Source of the DNA: a virus
Virus record (IMG/VR): IMGVR_UViG_3300037518_000322
Span: 52,663 to 116,662 of that record
Direction: 5' to 3' (one strand)
Length of the DNA: 64,000 bases
The notes under the pieces were generated by a model. That model did not search any database and had not been told where the DNA came from. It worked only from the letters and a program-made list of their open reading frames with translations. Positions 1 through 9,243 of this stretch are shown here, in pieces (position 1 is the first letter of the stretch; each line of letters starts with the position of its first letter). Made by a program: the position numbers and the translations under genes.

Positions 1-64
1 CACGGCCGTTCCCGATGATTCGCCTGAAGTTTTCGACTTCAGTGGCACTGTCACCTCGGAGACG

Positions 65-2293
65 ATGGGAATCGCTTCTGCTATCCGTTTCGGTGAAGAC
101 GGTGCGATGAATGACACGGTCATCGGGCAGGTGACCCTGGGCAATTCGACACTGAGTTTCACAGGCACTGCGGCCCCGATTGTAGGCTGGAACGCCGAGG
201 AGGCTGCCTCTCGCATTTCGAGGCTGGGGGACGAGGAGGAAATCCACTCCTACGCCACCGGCCCTGGAGATGAGCAGGCAGGCCCGCAGGCTCGTGGCAC
301 GGCGGCTGATCTGATGCAGACCGCCGCCGAGGTGGACGGCGGGATCCTTGCCGAGCAGCGTGACATCCTGGGGATCCGCTATGTCACGCGGGCCAGCCTG
401 TACAACCAGCCTGCCGCGCTCGTCCTTGATTACACCGGCTCTGATGGGCTGGTGACCCCGCTCGATCCGGTTGATGACGATCAGAGCGTTACGAACGATG
501 TCTCCGTCCAGCGCACGGACGGGGCCATCGCCCGGGTGGCGTTGGACTCCGGAGCCTTGTCCACGCAGATCCCTCCGGACGGGATCGGCCTGTATGACAC
601 CGCGCACACCCTCAACCTCCTGGACGACACGCAGCCGCTGAACCATGCGGGGTGGCGTCTGCACATCGGCACCTGGGACGAGACTCGTTTCCCTGAGGTG
701 ACGGTGAATCTGGCAGCCGCTCCTGCCTCGATCGAGGCTGCTGCCGCTGTTGACGTCGGCTCCCGCGTTCAGATCACCAACCCGCCCGTGTGGCTGCCGC
801 CGGACACTTTGGATCTGCTCGTGCAGGGCTATTCGGAGGTGATGGACCAGTACCGGTGGGTCATTACCTACAACTGCACCCCGGCCGGTCCGTTCGATGT
901 GGCGTGGGCCGGTGATGACGACACGGCGGAGCAGGAGCTGGAGTTTGCCTGGGCCGACACGGAAGGCGCCGAGCTGGCGGAGGCACTGTCGACGACGGAG
1001 ACGGACGTCGACGTTCTCACCACGTCGGGGCCGACGTGGACCGACGATGTGGGTGATACCCCGTACGACCTGCGGGTGGGCGGCGAGGTCATGACCGTCA
1101 CCGCGCCGCACGGTCTGGTCAACGACAACCCATTTTTTGACACCAGCGTGACCGGGTGGACTGCTGTCAACGGCACTGTCACCTTTTCCCAGGCCCAGGT
1201 CATACCTCACCCAGCCGCTACCGGGTCTGCGCTGGCCACACCGACTGGAGGATCCGCCAACCGGATTCAGTCGTCCAATACCGCCGATGGTTCCATCACC
1301 GGGTCTGGGCGATACCAGGCGACAACGTGGGTGTATGTGCCGTCCGGCTGGAACGGTATTCAGGTCCAGGTCAACTGGCGTAACTCGGCGGGCAGTCTGC
1401 TGTCGACATCGAGCGGCACGGTGACCAGTATTGCGGCCGGAATATGGACGCTGATCACCGAGACATTCACGGCCAATGCCTCAGCGGTCCGGTGCAATGT
1501 AGTTGTTCAGCAGACGGGCACCCCTGCCTCGACGGATATCTGGTATGCGTGGGGCGTCCGTGTGGTCCGCCTGAAAGCGTCGTCCGTGTACGACGAGTTC
1601 GGCCGGACTGCGACGGACAGTTGGGAGCTGGCGGACTCCGGGCAGACGTGGACGAACCAGGGTGCGGCGGCAGCGAATTTCGATGTCGCCAGTGGGGCTG
1701 GTACGCACACGCTGACGGCGGCCAACTCGGCGCACCGGTCGTCTGTAGCGGCGCCGTCCGCTGACTTTGACATCTATATGGATGTCGCGGCCAGCGCCCT
1801 GGCTACGGGCGGTCCGCTGTATGTGGGGCCGATGGCCCGCTACACGGATGTCGACAATTTGTATGTGGCGCGGGTGGCGTTCTCCACTTCGCAGACGGTG
1901 ACGCTGGTCATTTTCAAGCGGGTCGCTGCCGCTCAGACGAACTTGGTGTCGTTCACGACGCGGCTGACGCATGTCGCCGGAACGTCCTACCGGGTCAGGT
2001 TCCAGGGGTTTGGCACCGCGTTGAAGGCGAAGGTGTGGGAAGCGTCCGAGCTGGAGCCCGGTCCGTGGCAGGCCGAGGTCACCGATTCTTCGTTGACTGG
2101 TGCGGCGAGTCTGGGGTGCTGGTCGCTTCGTGACACCGCGAACACAAACACAAACCCGGTCATCTCGTTCGACAACTTCGATCTGACCAACCCGCAGACA
2201 TACACGGTGACCCGCTCTCAGAACGGTGTCGTCAAAACCCACAGTGCGGGCGCGGATGTTGTTCTTGCTTATCCCGCTTATGTGGGTCTCTAG
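65..2293 (+). CDS. Minor tail protein (5' end probably upstream of window) with carbohydrate-binding-like C-terminal domains
   Basis: 742 aa Thr/Gly/Ala-rich ORF, NPFFDTSVTGW CBM-like motif, position before lysis cassette. Confidence 0.75.
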   Translation: MGIASAIRFGEDGAMNDTVIGQVTLGNSTLSFTGTAAPIVGWNAEEAASRISRLGDEEEIHSYATGPGDEQAGPQARGTAADLMQTAAEVDGGILAEQRDILGIRYVTRASLYNQPAALVLDYTGSDGLVTPLDPVDDDQSVTNDVSVQRTDGAIARVALDSGALSTQIPPDGIGLYDTAHTLNLLDDTQPLNHAGWRLHIGTWDETRFPEVTVNLAAAPASIEAAAAVDVGSRVQITNPPVWLPPDTLDLLVQGYSEVMDQYRWVITYNCTPAGPFDVAWAGDDDTAEQELEFAWADTEGAELAEALSTTETDVDVLTTSGPTWTDDVGDTPYDLRVGGEVMTVTAPHGLVNDNPFFDTSVTGWTAVNGTVTFSQAQVIPHPAATGSALATPTGGSANRIQSSNTADGSITGSGRYQATTWVYVPSGWNGIQVQVNWRNSAGSLLSTSSGTVTSIAAGIWTLITETFTANASAVRCNVVVQQTGTPASTDIWYAWGVRVVRLKASSVYDEFGRTATDSWELADSGQTWTNQGAAAANFDVASGAGTHTLTAANSAHRSSVAAPSADFDIYMDVAASALATGGPLYVGPMARYTDVDNLYVARVAFSTSQTVTLVIFKRVAAAQTNLVSFTTRLTHVAGTSYRVRFQGFGTALKAKVWEASELEPGPWQAEVTDSSLTGAASLGCWSLRDTANTNTNPVISFDNFDLTNPQTYTVTRSQNGVVKTHSAGADVVLAYPAYVGL

Positions 2294-2302
2294 GAGGCTG
2301 TT

Positions 2303-2791
2303 GTGGCTGTAACAGCATGGCGGGCGGGTGCACGTATTACCGCCACCAGGCTTGGGGAGATGCTGCCCGTCTGGGCGGCGTGGACTCCAACCTGGACCAG
2401 TGCGTCCGGTACTGCGCCCGCCTACGGCAACGCGATCGTCGACTGTAAATTCGCACAGAGCGGCGACGTGGTCTTCTTCGAGATCGCGATCGTCTTCGGG
2501 TCCACCACCACATTCGGTGACGCGGGGGAGAACTGGAGCTTCAGTCTCCCGGTGACTGCTGCGGAAACACAGTCGATTGCAGGCATGGGCGAGATCCAGG
2601 ACGGTGCGGCGACCGAGCGCTGGCCGGTCCGTGCACGTGTCGCCACCACCACAACTGTCGTGGTGGAGCTATCGGGCCGCAACTACAACGACACCGCCAA
2701 CGTCAGCAGCGGCGTGGTCGACGCAACGACTCCGCATACGTGGGCGTCAACGGACCGGATTCTGCTGCATGGCCACTACCAAGCCGCGTAA
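2303..2791 (+). CDS. Minor tail / fibre-associated protein
   Basis: AGGAGG RBS, 'WAAWTPTWT...GNA...FSLPV' motif typical of actinophage tail proteins. Confidence 0.65.
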   Translation: MAVTAWRAGARITATRLGEMLPVWAAWTPTWTSASGTAPAYGNAIVDCKFAQSGDVVFFEIAIVFGSTTTFGDAGENWSFSLPVTAAETQSIAGMGEIQDGAATERWPVRARVATTTTVVVELSGRNYNDTANVSSGVVDATTPHTWASTDRILLHGHYQAA

Positions 2792-2825
2792 TTAGCAAAC
2801 ACACACAGGGAAAGAGAGAGAGACG

Positions 2826-3044
2826 ATGACAGCAATAGTGAAGGGATACACCGTAGGTGTCGGCACCAGTGAAGAAGGTGCGGTATACCGCGTCCCCATG
2901 AGTGTTGGTGCGGTAGGCGGCGAGACAACCATATGGGCCGTTCACGATGTGCTGAAGGGCATTTGGGAAGACGCATTCCCAACGACCTTCGTGTCAGAGG
3001 TCATCCGGCACGAGGCCGAAGACGTCGTCCTGACGCACCCGTAG
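2826..3044 (+). CDS. Hypothetical protein
   Basis: 72 aa ORF with purine-rich RBS, in operon order. Confidence 0.5.
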   Translation: MTAIVKGYTVGVGTSEEGAVYRVPMSVGAVGGETTIWAVHDVLKGIWEDAFPTTFVSEVIRHEAEDVVLTHP

Positions 3045-3123
3045 CCACCTCAGCAAGGCTTGTCCGCCTCGTGCCATGGTCCGGGGCTTTTCTCATGCCT
3101 GTAGAGCAGCAAGGGAGTTGCTG

Positions 3124-4062
3124 ATGGCCGTACCCCTACCTGCGGACCGGCTACTCAGTGCACTGCGTGCTGAGGGCGTCGGTGTCCGCGAGTACAAGTC
3201 CTGGCGTACCCACAACCGTGACAGTGAGACGGGCCGGGCGTTCGGTCCGGTCAACGGTGTCATCATCCACCACACCGCAGGCAGCAACTCGCTGGCGCTC
3301 TGCTACAACGGCACCTCTTCGCTCCCGGGTCCGCTGTGCCATACCCACTTGTCGAAGGCGGGCGTGGCGACGATGGTCGGTCACGGCCGTACCAACCACG
3401 CGGGCAGCTTCGCGCAGAACGCTCACAACGCGGTCGTCGCCGAGACGCCCACACACCCCCGGCCGGACGCGTCCGAGCCGGTCGATGCGAACGACAAGTA
3501 CTACGGCATCGAGATCGAGAACCTCGGCAACGGCCGCGACCCCTACCCGGCCGTGCAGTACGACGCGGCGGTGCGTTGGGCGGCGGCGATCTGCCGGGCG
3601 CATGGCTGGACGGCGCACTCGGTGATCGGCCACAAGGAAGGCACCCGCCGCAAGATCGACCCCACGTTCAGCATGAACACCTTCCGTGCCGATGTCGCCG
3701 AGCGCCTGAAGCATCCGGCCTCGTGGAGTCCGGGCAAGGACGAGGAGGACCCCTTGAGCGGTATGACTGATAAGGACATCGCGAAGGCGGTGTGGCTGAC
3801 CGACGGTGTTGTGGGTGTCCCCGCCGACTGGACGAAGCCGACCAACAGGGAATGGATGGCGGCTTCCATCGTCGTTGACACCGGCAAGCGCGTGCGTTCC
3901 ATCGAGAAGCAGATGGCTGCACAGAATGCCACCATCACCGAGCTCGTCAAGACGGTCGGCTCCCTGGCCACCGGCTCGGCGACGGTGGACACCGAAGAGC
4001 TGGTGGCGCGGATCCGCCAAGCGATCGAGTCGGTAACCGTACGTCTGGATGTGGAGGGCTGA
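3124..4062 (+). CDS. Endolysin, N-acetylmuramoyl-L-alanine amidase (Amidase_2)
   Basis: IIHHTAG, NHAG, YGIEIEN, VIGHKE, KIDP motifs; GGGAG RBS before ATG 3124. Confidence 0.9.
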   Translation: MAVPLPADRLLSALRAEGVGVREYKSWRTHNRDSETGRAFGPVNGVIIHHTAGSNSLALCYNGTSSLPGPLCHTHLSKAGVATMVGHGRTNHAGSFAQNAHNAVVAETPTHPRPDASEPVDANDKYYGIEIENLGNGRDPYPAVQYDAAVRWAAAICRAHGWTAHSVIGHKEGTRRKIDPTFSMNTFRADVAERLKHPASWSPGKDEEDPLSGMTDKDIAKAVWLTDGVVGVPADWTKPTNREWMAASIVVDTGKRVRSIEKQMAAQNATITELVKTVGSLATGSATVDTEELVARIRQAIESVTVRLDVEG

Positions 4063-4065
4063 GCT

Positions 4066-4278
4066 GTGTCTGTCTACTGGAAGGATCTTGCTGAGCGGGT
4101 CGTCTCGACGTATCTCCAGGCGTTCCTGGGTTCGGTCGTCGTGACGGAGATGACGGACAAGAGTATGTGGCTGGCCGCTGTGTCGGCGGGTGTTGCTGCT
4201 GCGGCGTCCCTGGTGAAGGGCCTGGCTGCCGGTCATGTGGGGCTGAGGGATTCGGCGAGCCTGTCGAAGGATGTCTGA
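4066..4278 (+). CDS. Holin (r1t-like)
   Basis: 'WKDLAERVVSTYLQAFLG' r1t holin motif, two hydrophobic segments, directly after endolysin. Confidence 0.8.
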   Translation: MSVYWKDLAERVVSTYLQAFLGSVVVTEMTDKSMWLAAVSAGVAAAASLVKGLAAGHVGLRDSASLSKDV

Positions 4279-4523
4279 TGAGCGCCCCGCCTCCCGAGAC
4301 GGGGTGCACGCTCAACGACCTCCGGCTGGCGATGGAGGTCGGGTTCACCCGCATTGATGGGAAGCTCGACCACCTCACCGAACACCTCACCGACACCGAC
4401 AAGGACGTGGAAGAGCTTCGCGCTCGACTCACGGCTGTCGAGCAGAAGGTGTGGAAGGCATCTGGGGCCGCCGCGCTTGTGGGCATGGCCGTCCCTTACG
4501 TTCTTCAGGTTGTGGGGAAGTGA
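4278..4523 (+). CDS. Coiled-coil membrane protein of lysis cassette
   Basis: TGATG overlap with holin, coiled coil plus C-terminal TM. Confidence 0.6.
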   Translation: MSAPPPETGCTLNDLRLAMEVGFTRIDGKLDHLTEHLTDTDKDVEELRARLTAVEQKVWKASGAAALVGMAVPYVLQVVGK

Positions 4524-4527
4524 CACC

Positions 4528-4734
4528 ATGGAACCTTCGGACGTCATCTGGTCATCCGTGCTGGTGCTGGGCGCCGTCGTCGAGACGTGGGCACTACGCA
4601 ACGGCAGGCCTGGAGACACCTTGAGCGAACGCATCCGGAAGTGGTTCCGCGTTGACACCATGACTGGCAAGGCTGTCTTCACTGTGGCTTGGGTGGGATT
4701 TAGCGCCTGGATGCTTTTTCATGTCGTGGGGTGA
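4528..4734 (+). CDS. Small two-TM membrane protein
   Basis: MEPSDVIW... two hydrophobic helices, GDTLSE motif. Confidence 0.55.
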   Translation: MEPSDVIWSSVLVLGAVVETWALRNGRPGDTLSERIRKWFRVDTMTGKAVFTVAWVGFSAWMLFHVVG

Positions 4735-4830
4735 CGCTGCGTTTCCGTTTACACGTGTAACACTTTCGTCTCTCCTTCCGCTGGTCAAGGTGGGGCGTCA
4801 GCCCCGTATGACTACAACGGAGAGGTATCC

Positions 4831-5040
4831 ATGTTCACGAAGCGGCTCTTTGCTGTCACCGCCCTGGCGGCATCTGCCCTGTTCGGTTTCTCTGGTGCGG
4901 CTGTGGCCACCGACCTGCCCAATGACAACTGGTCCTGTCAGAACCCGGCGGGCAACGAGGTCATGGGCGAGTGCAACGGCGTACCGCTGGACGTCGTCAA
5001 CCCGGGCGGCAACACGCCTCCGGCGTGGCAGGGCAGGTAG
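4831..5040 (+). CDS. Small secreted peptide
   Basis: GGAGAGG RBS, Sec signal peptide (AVA cleavage), two Cys, NPAGN/NPGGN. Confidence 0.65.
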   Translation: MFTKRLFAVTALAASALFGFSGAAVATDLPNDNWSCQNPAGNEVMGECNGVPLDVVNPGGNTPPAWQGR

Positions 5041-5103
5041 CCTCGCTGGGGCCTGGTTCAGCTCATGTAGACTGGACCGTCCACAACAGTTGAGGCGTGG
5101 CAG

Positions 5104-5148
5104 GTGCCCCCGGTTGTCGCTTATGCGGCGGCCGGGGGCGCTTTTTTC
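5104..5148 (+). terminator. Intrinsic terminator at convergence of + and - arms
   Basis: GTGCCCCCGG..CCGGGGGCGC stem followed by TTTTTT. Confidence 0.65.
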
Positions 5149-5426
5149 GTTGTGCCACCCATCTGCTCGTAGAGCTCGATGAAGTCGCTGGCCTCGTAGA
5201 CGCGGGCGTAGCGGCCGGGGTGTCCCTGTGGTGAGGTGCGGCGCTTGCCGACGGGGGTGAGGTGGAAGCGGGCGAGGATGCGGAGCTTGGTCATGATGGC
5301 TTGGACGGGCAGGCTCTGTGGGTCGTTCGGCAGGGGGCCGAGGTAGTGGGCGGCGTCGGCGACGGTCCACAGGGTGTCGCCGTCCTCGATGACGGGCAGT
5401 TCTTGGGAGGTCCAGCCGCGTGTCAT
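5121..5426 (-). CDS. HTH DNA-binding protein
   Basis: 'LWTVADAAHYLG' MerR/Xis-like HTH. Confidence 0.55.
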   Translation of the reverse strand: MTRGWTSQELPVIEDGDTLWTVADAAHYLGPLPNDPQSLPVQAIMTKLRILARFHLTPVGKRRTSPQGHPGRYARVYEASDFIELYEQMGGTTKKAPPAAA

Positions 5427-6052
5427 GCTGCCGCCTCCATTTCGTCCCAGCGGAAGGCGAGCTGGTCGTCGATGAGGGTGAACTGTACTGCCCAGCGGGG
5501 GCGTTGTCCGTCGTCTGTCTTGCAGTAGGGGTTGACGCAGACGGCCTGTCCCGTCGGGGGGTTCCACCGCATGGTGTCCCGCTTGCAGTAGGGGCAGCGG
5601 GCTTCGCCTTCGCCGGGCTGGCGTGGTAGGCGGTGGAGGCCGTTCTGGGGGTTGAAGACGGTGTCGGCGCGTCGGGTCCAGGTGGCGATGTAGCTGAGGA
5701 CACCGAGGACGGTGACGGTGTCGCTGGTTGTGCACAGCTTGACGACGGAGTCGATGGCGTAGCGGGTGTTGGTGCTGGAGGATCCGCGTCGTTTCGGGTA
5801 TCCGCCGGTGAGGCGTTCTTTGAGGTGGGATTCGAGGCGGCGTATCTCGGTATGGAATTCGAGTGTCAACTCGGCGGCGACGGAATTCCAGGGAATGGGT
5901 GTGGTGGAGCGGCGGTGTTGTGTGATGCGTTCTTGTCCACTTGAGGTAGACTGCCGGTGTGGGATTTCGAGTTCGAGGGCGCAGTACAGGCGCCATGCGT
6001 GCTGGGCGCTGCCATTGAGGCGCGCGTGGAGGCTCCCCGGCTCATGGATCAC
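5423..6052 (-). CDS. Hypothetical protein with C-terminal Zn ribbon
   Basis: CPYC...CVNPYC; GTG 6 nt after TACAAT -10 (likely leaderless). Confidence 0.55.
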   Translation of the reverse strand: MIHEPGSLHARLNGSAQHAWRLYCALELEIPHRQSTSSGQERITQHRRSTTPIPWNSVAAELTLEFHTEIRRLESHLKERLTGGYPKRRGSSSTNTRYAIDSVVKLCTTSDTVTVLGVLSYIATWTRRADTVFNPQNGLHRLPRQPGEGEARCPYCKRDTMRWNPPTGQAVCVNPYCKTDDGQRPRWAVQFTLIDDQLAFRWDEMEAAA

Positions 6053-6085
6053 TTGGTGATTGTAACCACTAATTGAACAGCGCAA

Positions 6086-6123
6086 GCCCCCGCTTCCGTC
6101 TTTTGACGGGGCGGGGGCTTTTT
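6086..6123. terminator. Intrinsic terminator hairpin
   Basis: GCCCCCGCTTCCGTC TTTT GACGGGGCGGGGGC followed by T run. Confidence 0.65.
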
Positions 6124-6142
6124 ACTGTCGTGTGTTGTTACG

Positions 6143-6541
6143 TCATATCGTGTTCTGGCCGCGTGAGATTTTTTCTGCTTTCACGAGGAGGTCGGTGAAC
6201 TCTTTCTTCTTCCTGTCCTCTTCTTCGATGATGCGCTTGGTGGTCTCCTCGTTGCGGGCCAGGAGCGCGTCCTGGCTGGTCTCGCCTTCGCCGTCGCCTT
6301 CGACTTCCTCTATCCAGGTCTGGGTGACGTGGCGGATGACGCGGCGCTTCTCCTCGGGGTACTCCTTCACGCGGTACGCTTGGGTGCGTGTGAGTCTGTC
6401 CCGGTCGTCGTCCATCCCGCCGAGGTGGATCCAGCGCCCTTCCTCGTCCTGGTACTGGATGTAGAAGGTGTCCTCCTGCTCGACCAGGGCGCCCGGCGGG
6501 AAATCCTGCTGCCTGACGGGCCAGTCGCTGGCATCTGACAT
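6143..6541 (-). CDS. Hypothetical protein
   Basis: GAGGGG RBS before ATG 6541, acidic/coiled-coil ORF. Confidence 0.55.
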   Translation of the reverse strand: MSDASDWPVRQQDFPPGALVEQEDTFYIQYQDEEGRWIHLGGMDDDRDRLTRTQAYRVKEYPEEKRRVIRHVTQTWIEEVEGDGEGETSQDALLARNEETTKRIIEEEDRKKKEFTDLLVKAEKISRGQNTI

Positions 6542-6564
6542 GGGAACCTGAACCCCTCTGTGTC

Positions 6565-6840
6565 TCACTTCAAGGCTTCTACGGTCTCTGCGTCCTTCGT
6601 GGAGGCTTCCTCCCGCGCTTCGTCTGCCTGCCACATCCGGTAGTTCCGTATGCTGAAAACCACGTGCATCAGGTTTGTCGGGATGAAGCCGTACTGCTTC
6701 GTGATCACATTGTATGCAATGCATAGCAGTGAGCCGAAGATCGCCACTAGGAACGCGTTCTTCAGCTTCTTCCCCAGCATCCACTCACAGGCAAACGAGA
6801 CTACTGTCAAAACCCAGGGTGCCCACTGAACGATCTCCAC
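6565..6840 (-). CDS. PnuC-like small membrane protein
   Basis: Three hydrophobic helices, 'KQYGF...NYRMW' PnuC-like ending; GGAAGG RBS. Confidence 0.55.
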   Translation of the reverse strand: MEIVQWAPWVLTVVSFACEWMLGKKLKNAFLVAIFGSLLCIAYNVITKQYGFIPTNLMHVVFSIRNYRMWQADEAREEASTKDAETVEALK

Positions 6841-6865
6841 AAAAACCTTCCGTACCTGTACCGAG

Positions 6866-6940
6866 TAGGGAGCGTGGGACTCGAACCCACAAACCACGAT
6901 TTTTGAGATCGTGAGCTTTACCAATTAGCGTTAGCTCCCC
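6866..6940 (-). tRNA. tRNA-Leu(CAA), short variable arm, no encoded CCA
   Basis: GGGGAGC/GCTCCCT acceptor, ACGAT-CTCAAAA-ATCGT anticodon arm, GTGGG-TTCGAGT-CCCAC T arm. Confidence 0.85.
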
Positions 6941-7014
6941 GCGACTGATCCCCACACCCCAGGCTCCATGGGGGGATCAGTCTTGGATCCGCATTCCCCA
7001 AAACGAAGATCCCG

Positions 7015-7087
7015 TGCACACGGAGGGATTTGAACCCCCAACATCCTGATCCTGAATCAGGCGCCTCTGCCATTGGGCCACGCGTGC
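7015..7087 (-). tRNA. tRNA-Leu(CAG), short variable arm, no encoded CCA
   Basis: GCACGCG/CGTGTGC acceptor, CCTGA-TTCAGGA-TCAGG anticodon arm, TTCAAAT T loop. Confidence 0.88.
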
Positions 7088-7138
7088 TCGTCCATCCGCA
7101 GGGCTTGACCGAACGGATAGACTCTCCACTTGAGGATC

Positions 7139-7168
7139 AATCTACTGATCCCCTATTCTCCCTGTCAA
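7139..7168 (-). promoter_or_regulatory. Housekeeping sigma (HrdB-type) promoter for tRNA-Leu pair
   Basis: TTGACA-18 nt-TAGATT on minus strand. Confidence 0.7.
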
Positions 7169-7190
7169 CGCACCACAAAATGGTTTGTAT

Positions 7191-7460
7191 TCAGGTTATG
7201 AGCTCCGGTGGTTCCTCGCCGGACGTAAGCCGTCCGGCGAGGAACCTGTGCGGATCCTCCCCGCCTGCCACCGGAACTACCTCCGCAGACTGTGCGGCCT
7301 GGGACCGGTGAGCCGCCTTCCGCTCATCGAAGTCCCAGAACCCGTGCTCCTCGGTGATCCGGCGGGCGATCTCCCGCACGGCTCCCCGTCCTACACGGCA
7401 CTGACCCCGTGTCAGCTGATCCGCCAGTCGGTCCACTTCTGTCCGCAGGTGTGCGTGCAT
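7191..7460 (-). CDS. Hypothetical protein
   Basis: ATG 7460 preceded by GACAAGGAAGG. Confidence 0.55.
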   Translation of the reverse strand: MHAHLRTEVDRLADQLTRGQCRVGRGAVREIARRITEEHGFWDFDERKAAHRSQAAQSAEVVPVAGGEDPHRFLAGRLTSGEEPPELIT

Positions 7461-7519
7461 CCGTGTACCTTCCTTGTCGTTGCGGGCTGGGCATACCTGA
7501 ACTGTCCGGCCCGTGTTCT

Positions 7520-9199
7520 TCAGTTGCCCTGGCTTACCTGCCAGGGCCAAGCGCCCCGTGATCCACCCTCCAGGAGAGGGATCATCTTGAACGCTTGATC
7601 CGTGAGGCCGCCGAGCGTGAAGCGGGCGTTGCTCCCGCTTGGCATGGCGGCTGCGGTGTACCCGGCGAAGTTCCACATGAACACCGGGACATTGAGGGGG
7701 ATGAGTGCGTCCACGGACGTGTGCGTCACCTGACCCCAGCCGCCCGCCGTGTTCGAGGGCAGGTAGCCGGGCCTGGTCTGCTCGTCGGTGAGGATGATGA
7801 CGCGGTCGTGGTTGCTGTAGTGCTTCCTGACCGCCGAGGGGATGTCCGTCCCCCAGTCCTTGCCGAAGGACTCGACGAGAGGCAGGACGCTGGTGCCCTT
7901 TCGGACCGGCATTTCCCGTGACCCTCTGTGGAACTCGACAAGGGTCGGGTTCTTGGCGCGCACGGCCAGTGCGGCGCCGAAGACGGCCGCCTGGTCTGCA
8001 CGGGAGATGTTGCTGATCTTGGGCCTGGGGAACAGGTGGTCGTACTCGGGGAACATCGACGGTGAGCGGTCGACCAGGATCAGCGTGCGGCCATCGAGGG
8101 ACGGCACGTTGGCCAGCGAGTGGTTGAGTGCCTGCTCCAGTGGATACGCCCAGCGCAGCGACCCGGCGTCCTTCGTGGCGCGGTGCGCGGCGAGGAAGCG
8201 GAAGGGGAACTGCTTCGACTTGGCGATCTCGACAGGGTCGGTCAGCCGGTTGATGACCTGCTGGGCGACGGCGTCGGGGACACCGGCCTGGTCGAAGTTC
8301 CTCAGGTTGCGGAGCTGGGCCATCACGCCCATGGACGGGATCATCGCTTCCCAGACCCCGGTCTTGTGCACACCGAGGGAACCTGCCAGGGAAAGGGCGT
8401 CCTCCCACGTCATACCCGCGCTCTTCAGCGCAGTGGGACTGCGCAGCAGCGAAGGGGCTTTGGCGACGTTCTTCCGGAAGCTGTAGTTCTCACTGATCAT
8501 GGTCAGCGACTCGGGGATGCGCGCCTCGGCGGGGTGGTGACGGCGGTCGAGGGCGTACTGGAACAGGTCACCCTGCCACGGCTTGTCCAGGTCCGGCGCC
8601 GCGTGCACGATGTTGAGGACGTCGCCGAAGCGGTAGGCGTGGCTGTCTGTGTCGTACTTCAGCAGCGCCCGCGCGTTGTACAGGCGGCGTACGGCGTCGG
8701 CGACGCCACGCTTGACGGGCTTGGGGATCCTGCGTCCGTACAATGAGGTCCAGTAGGCGAGGATCTCGCCGGGCTCGTCGGCGCGCTGGCACACGAGGTT
8801 GATGATCTTCCGGTTGAAGCCGTTGTCCGACATCCCGGCGGCGAGGCGTTCGTGGACGAAGTCGACGGCGATCATGTGCGCGGCAGTGCGGATGCTGCCC
8901 GGACCGCGCAGCCACGTGGTGAACTCGACAGCCCACCGGGAGTCTTCGGCTGCGATCTGTCCGACGAGTTCACGCAGGCGGTCGTCGCGGTCGGCGCCCT
9001 TCTCGTAGAAGTCGTCCTTCCCGTCCTGGAGAGCGCCAGCGGCCCGGAGGTAGATCTCACCCTTTGCGGTACGTGTCCACCCGGACGCACCCTCGAACGT
9101 GCGGGTGTCCGGCGTCTTGGACACCGTGGCGATCGGGCTGGTTGCCTGCGCAACCGGCGGCTGTGCCCGGTGGCTGCGGCGGCTGTTGAATCGCGACAC
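7520..9199 (-). CDS. Ro60/Rsr-family RNA-binding protein (TROVE + vWA domain)
   Basis: 559 aa; RADEPGE, KRGVADA, KY, TWE, LRNLRNF, PFRF, LILVDRSPSM (MIDAS), GTD, ILTDEQ motifs. Confidence 0.93.
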   Translation of the reverse strand: MSRFNSRRSHRAQPPVAQATSPIATVSKTPDTRTFEGASGWTRTAKGEIYLRAAGALQDGKDDFYEKGADRDDRLRELVGQIAAEDSRWAVEFTTWLRGPGSIRTAAHMIAVDFVHERLAAGMSDNGFNRKIINLVCQRADEPGEILAYWTSLYGRRIPKPVKRGVADAVRRLYNARALLKYDTDSHAYRFGDVLNIVHAAPDLDKPWQGDLFQYALDRRHHPAEARIPESLTMISENYSFRKNVAKAPSLLRSPTALKSAGMTWEDALSLAGSLGVHKTGVWEAMIPSMGVMAQLRNLRNFDQAGVPDAVAQQVINRLTDPVEIAKSKQFPFRFLAAHRATKDAGSLRWAYPLEQALNHSLANVPSLDGRTLILVDRSPSMFPEYDHLFPRPKISNISRADQAAVFGAALAVRAKNPTLVEFHRGSREMPVRKGTSVLPLVESFGKDWGTDIPSAVRKHYSNHDRVIILTDEQTRPGYLPSNTAGGWGQVTHTSVDALIPLNVPVFMWNFAGYTAAAMPSGSNARFTLGGLTDQAFKMIPLLEGGSRGAWPWQVSQGN

Positions 9200-9243
9200 G
9201 TTTGTCCTTCCTTGTCAGTTCGCACCAGCAGGACTGGTGGTCA

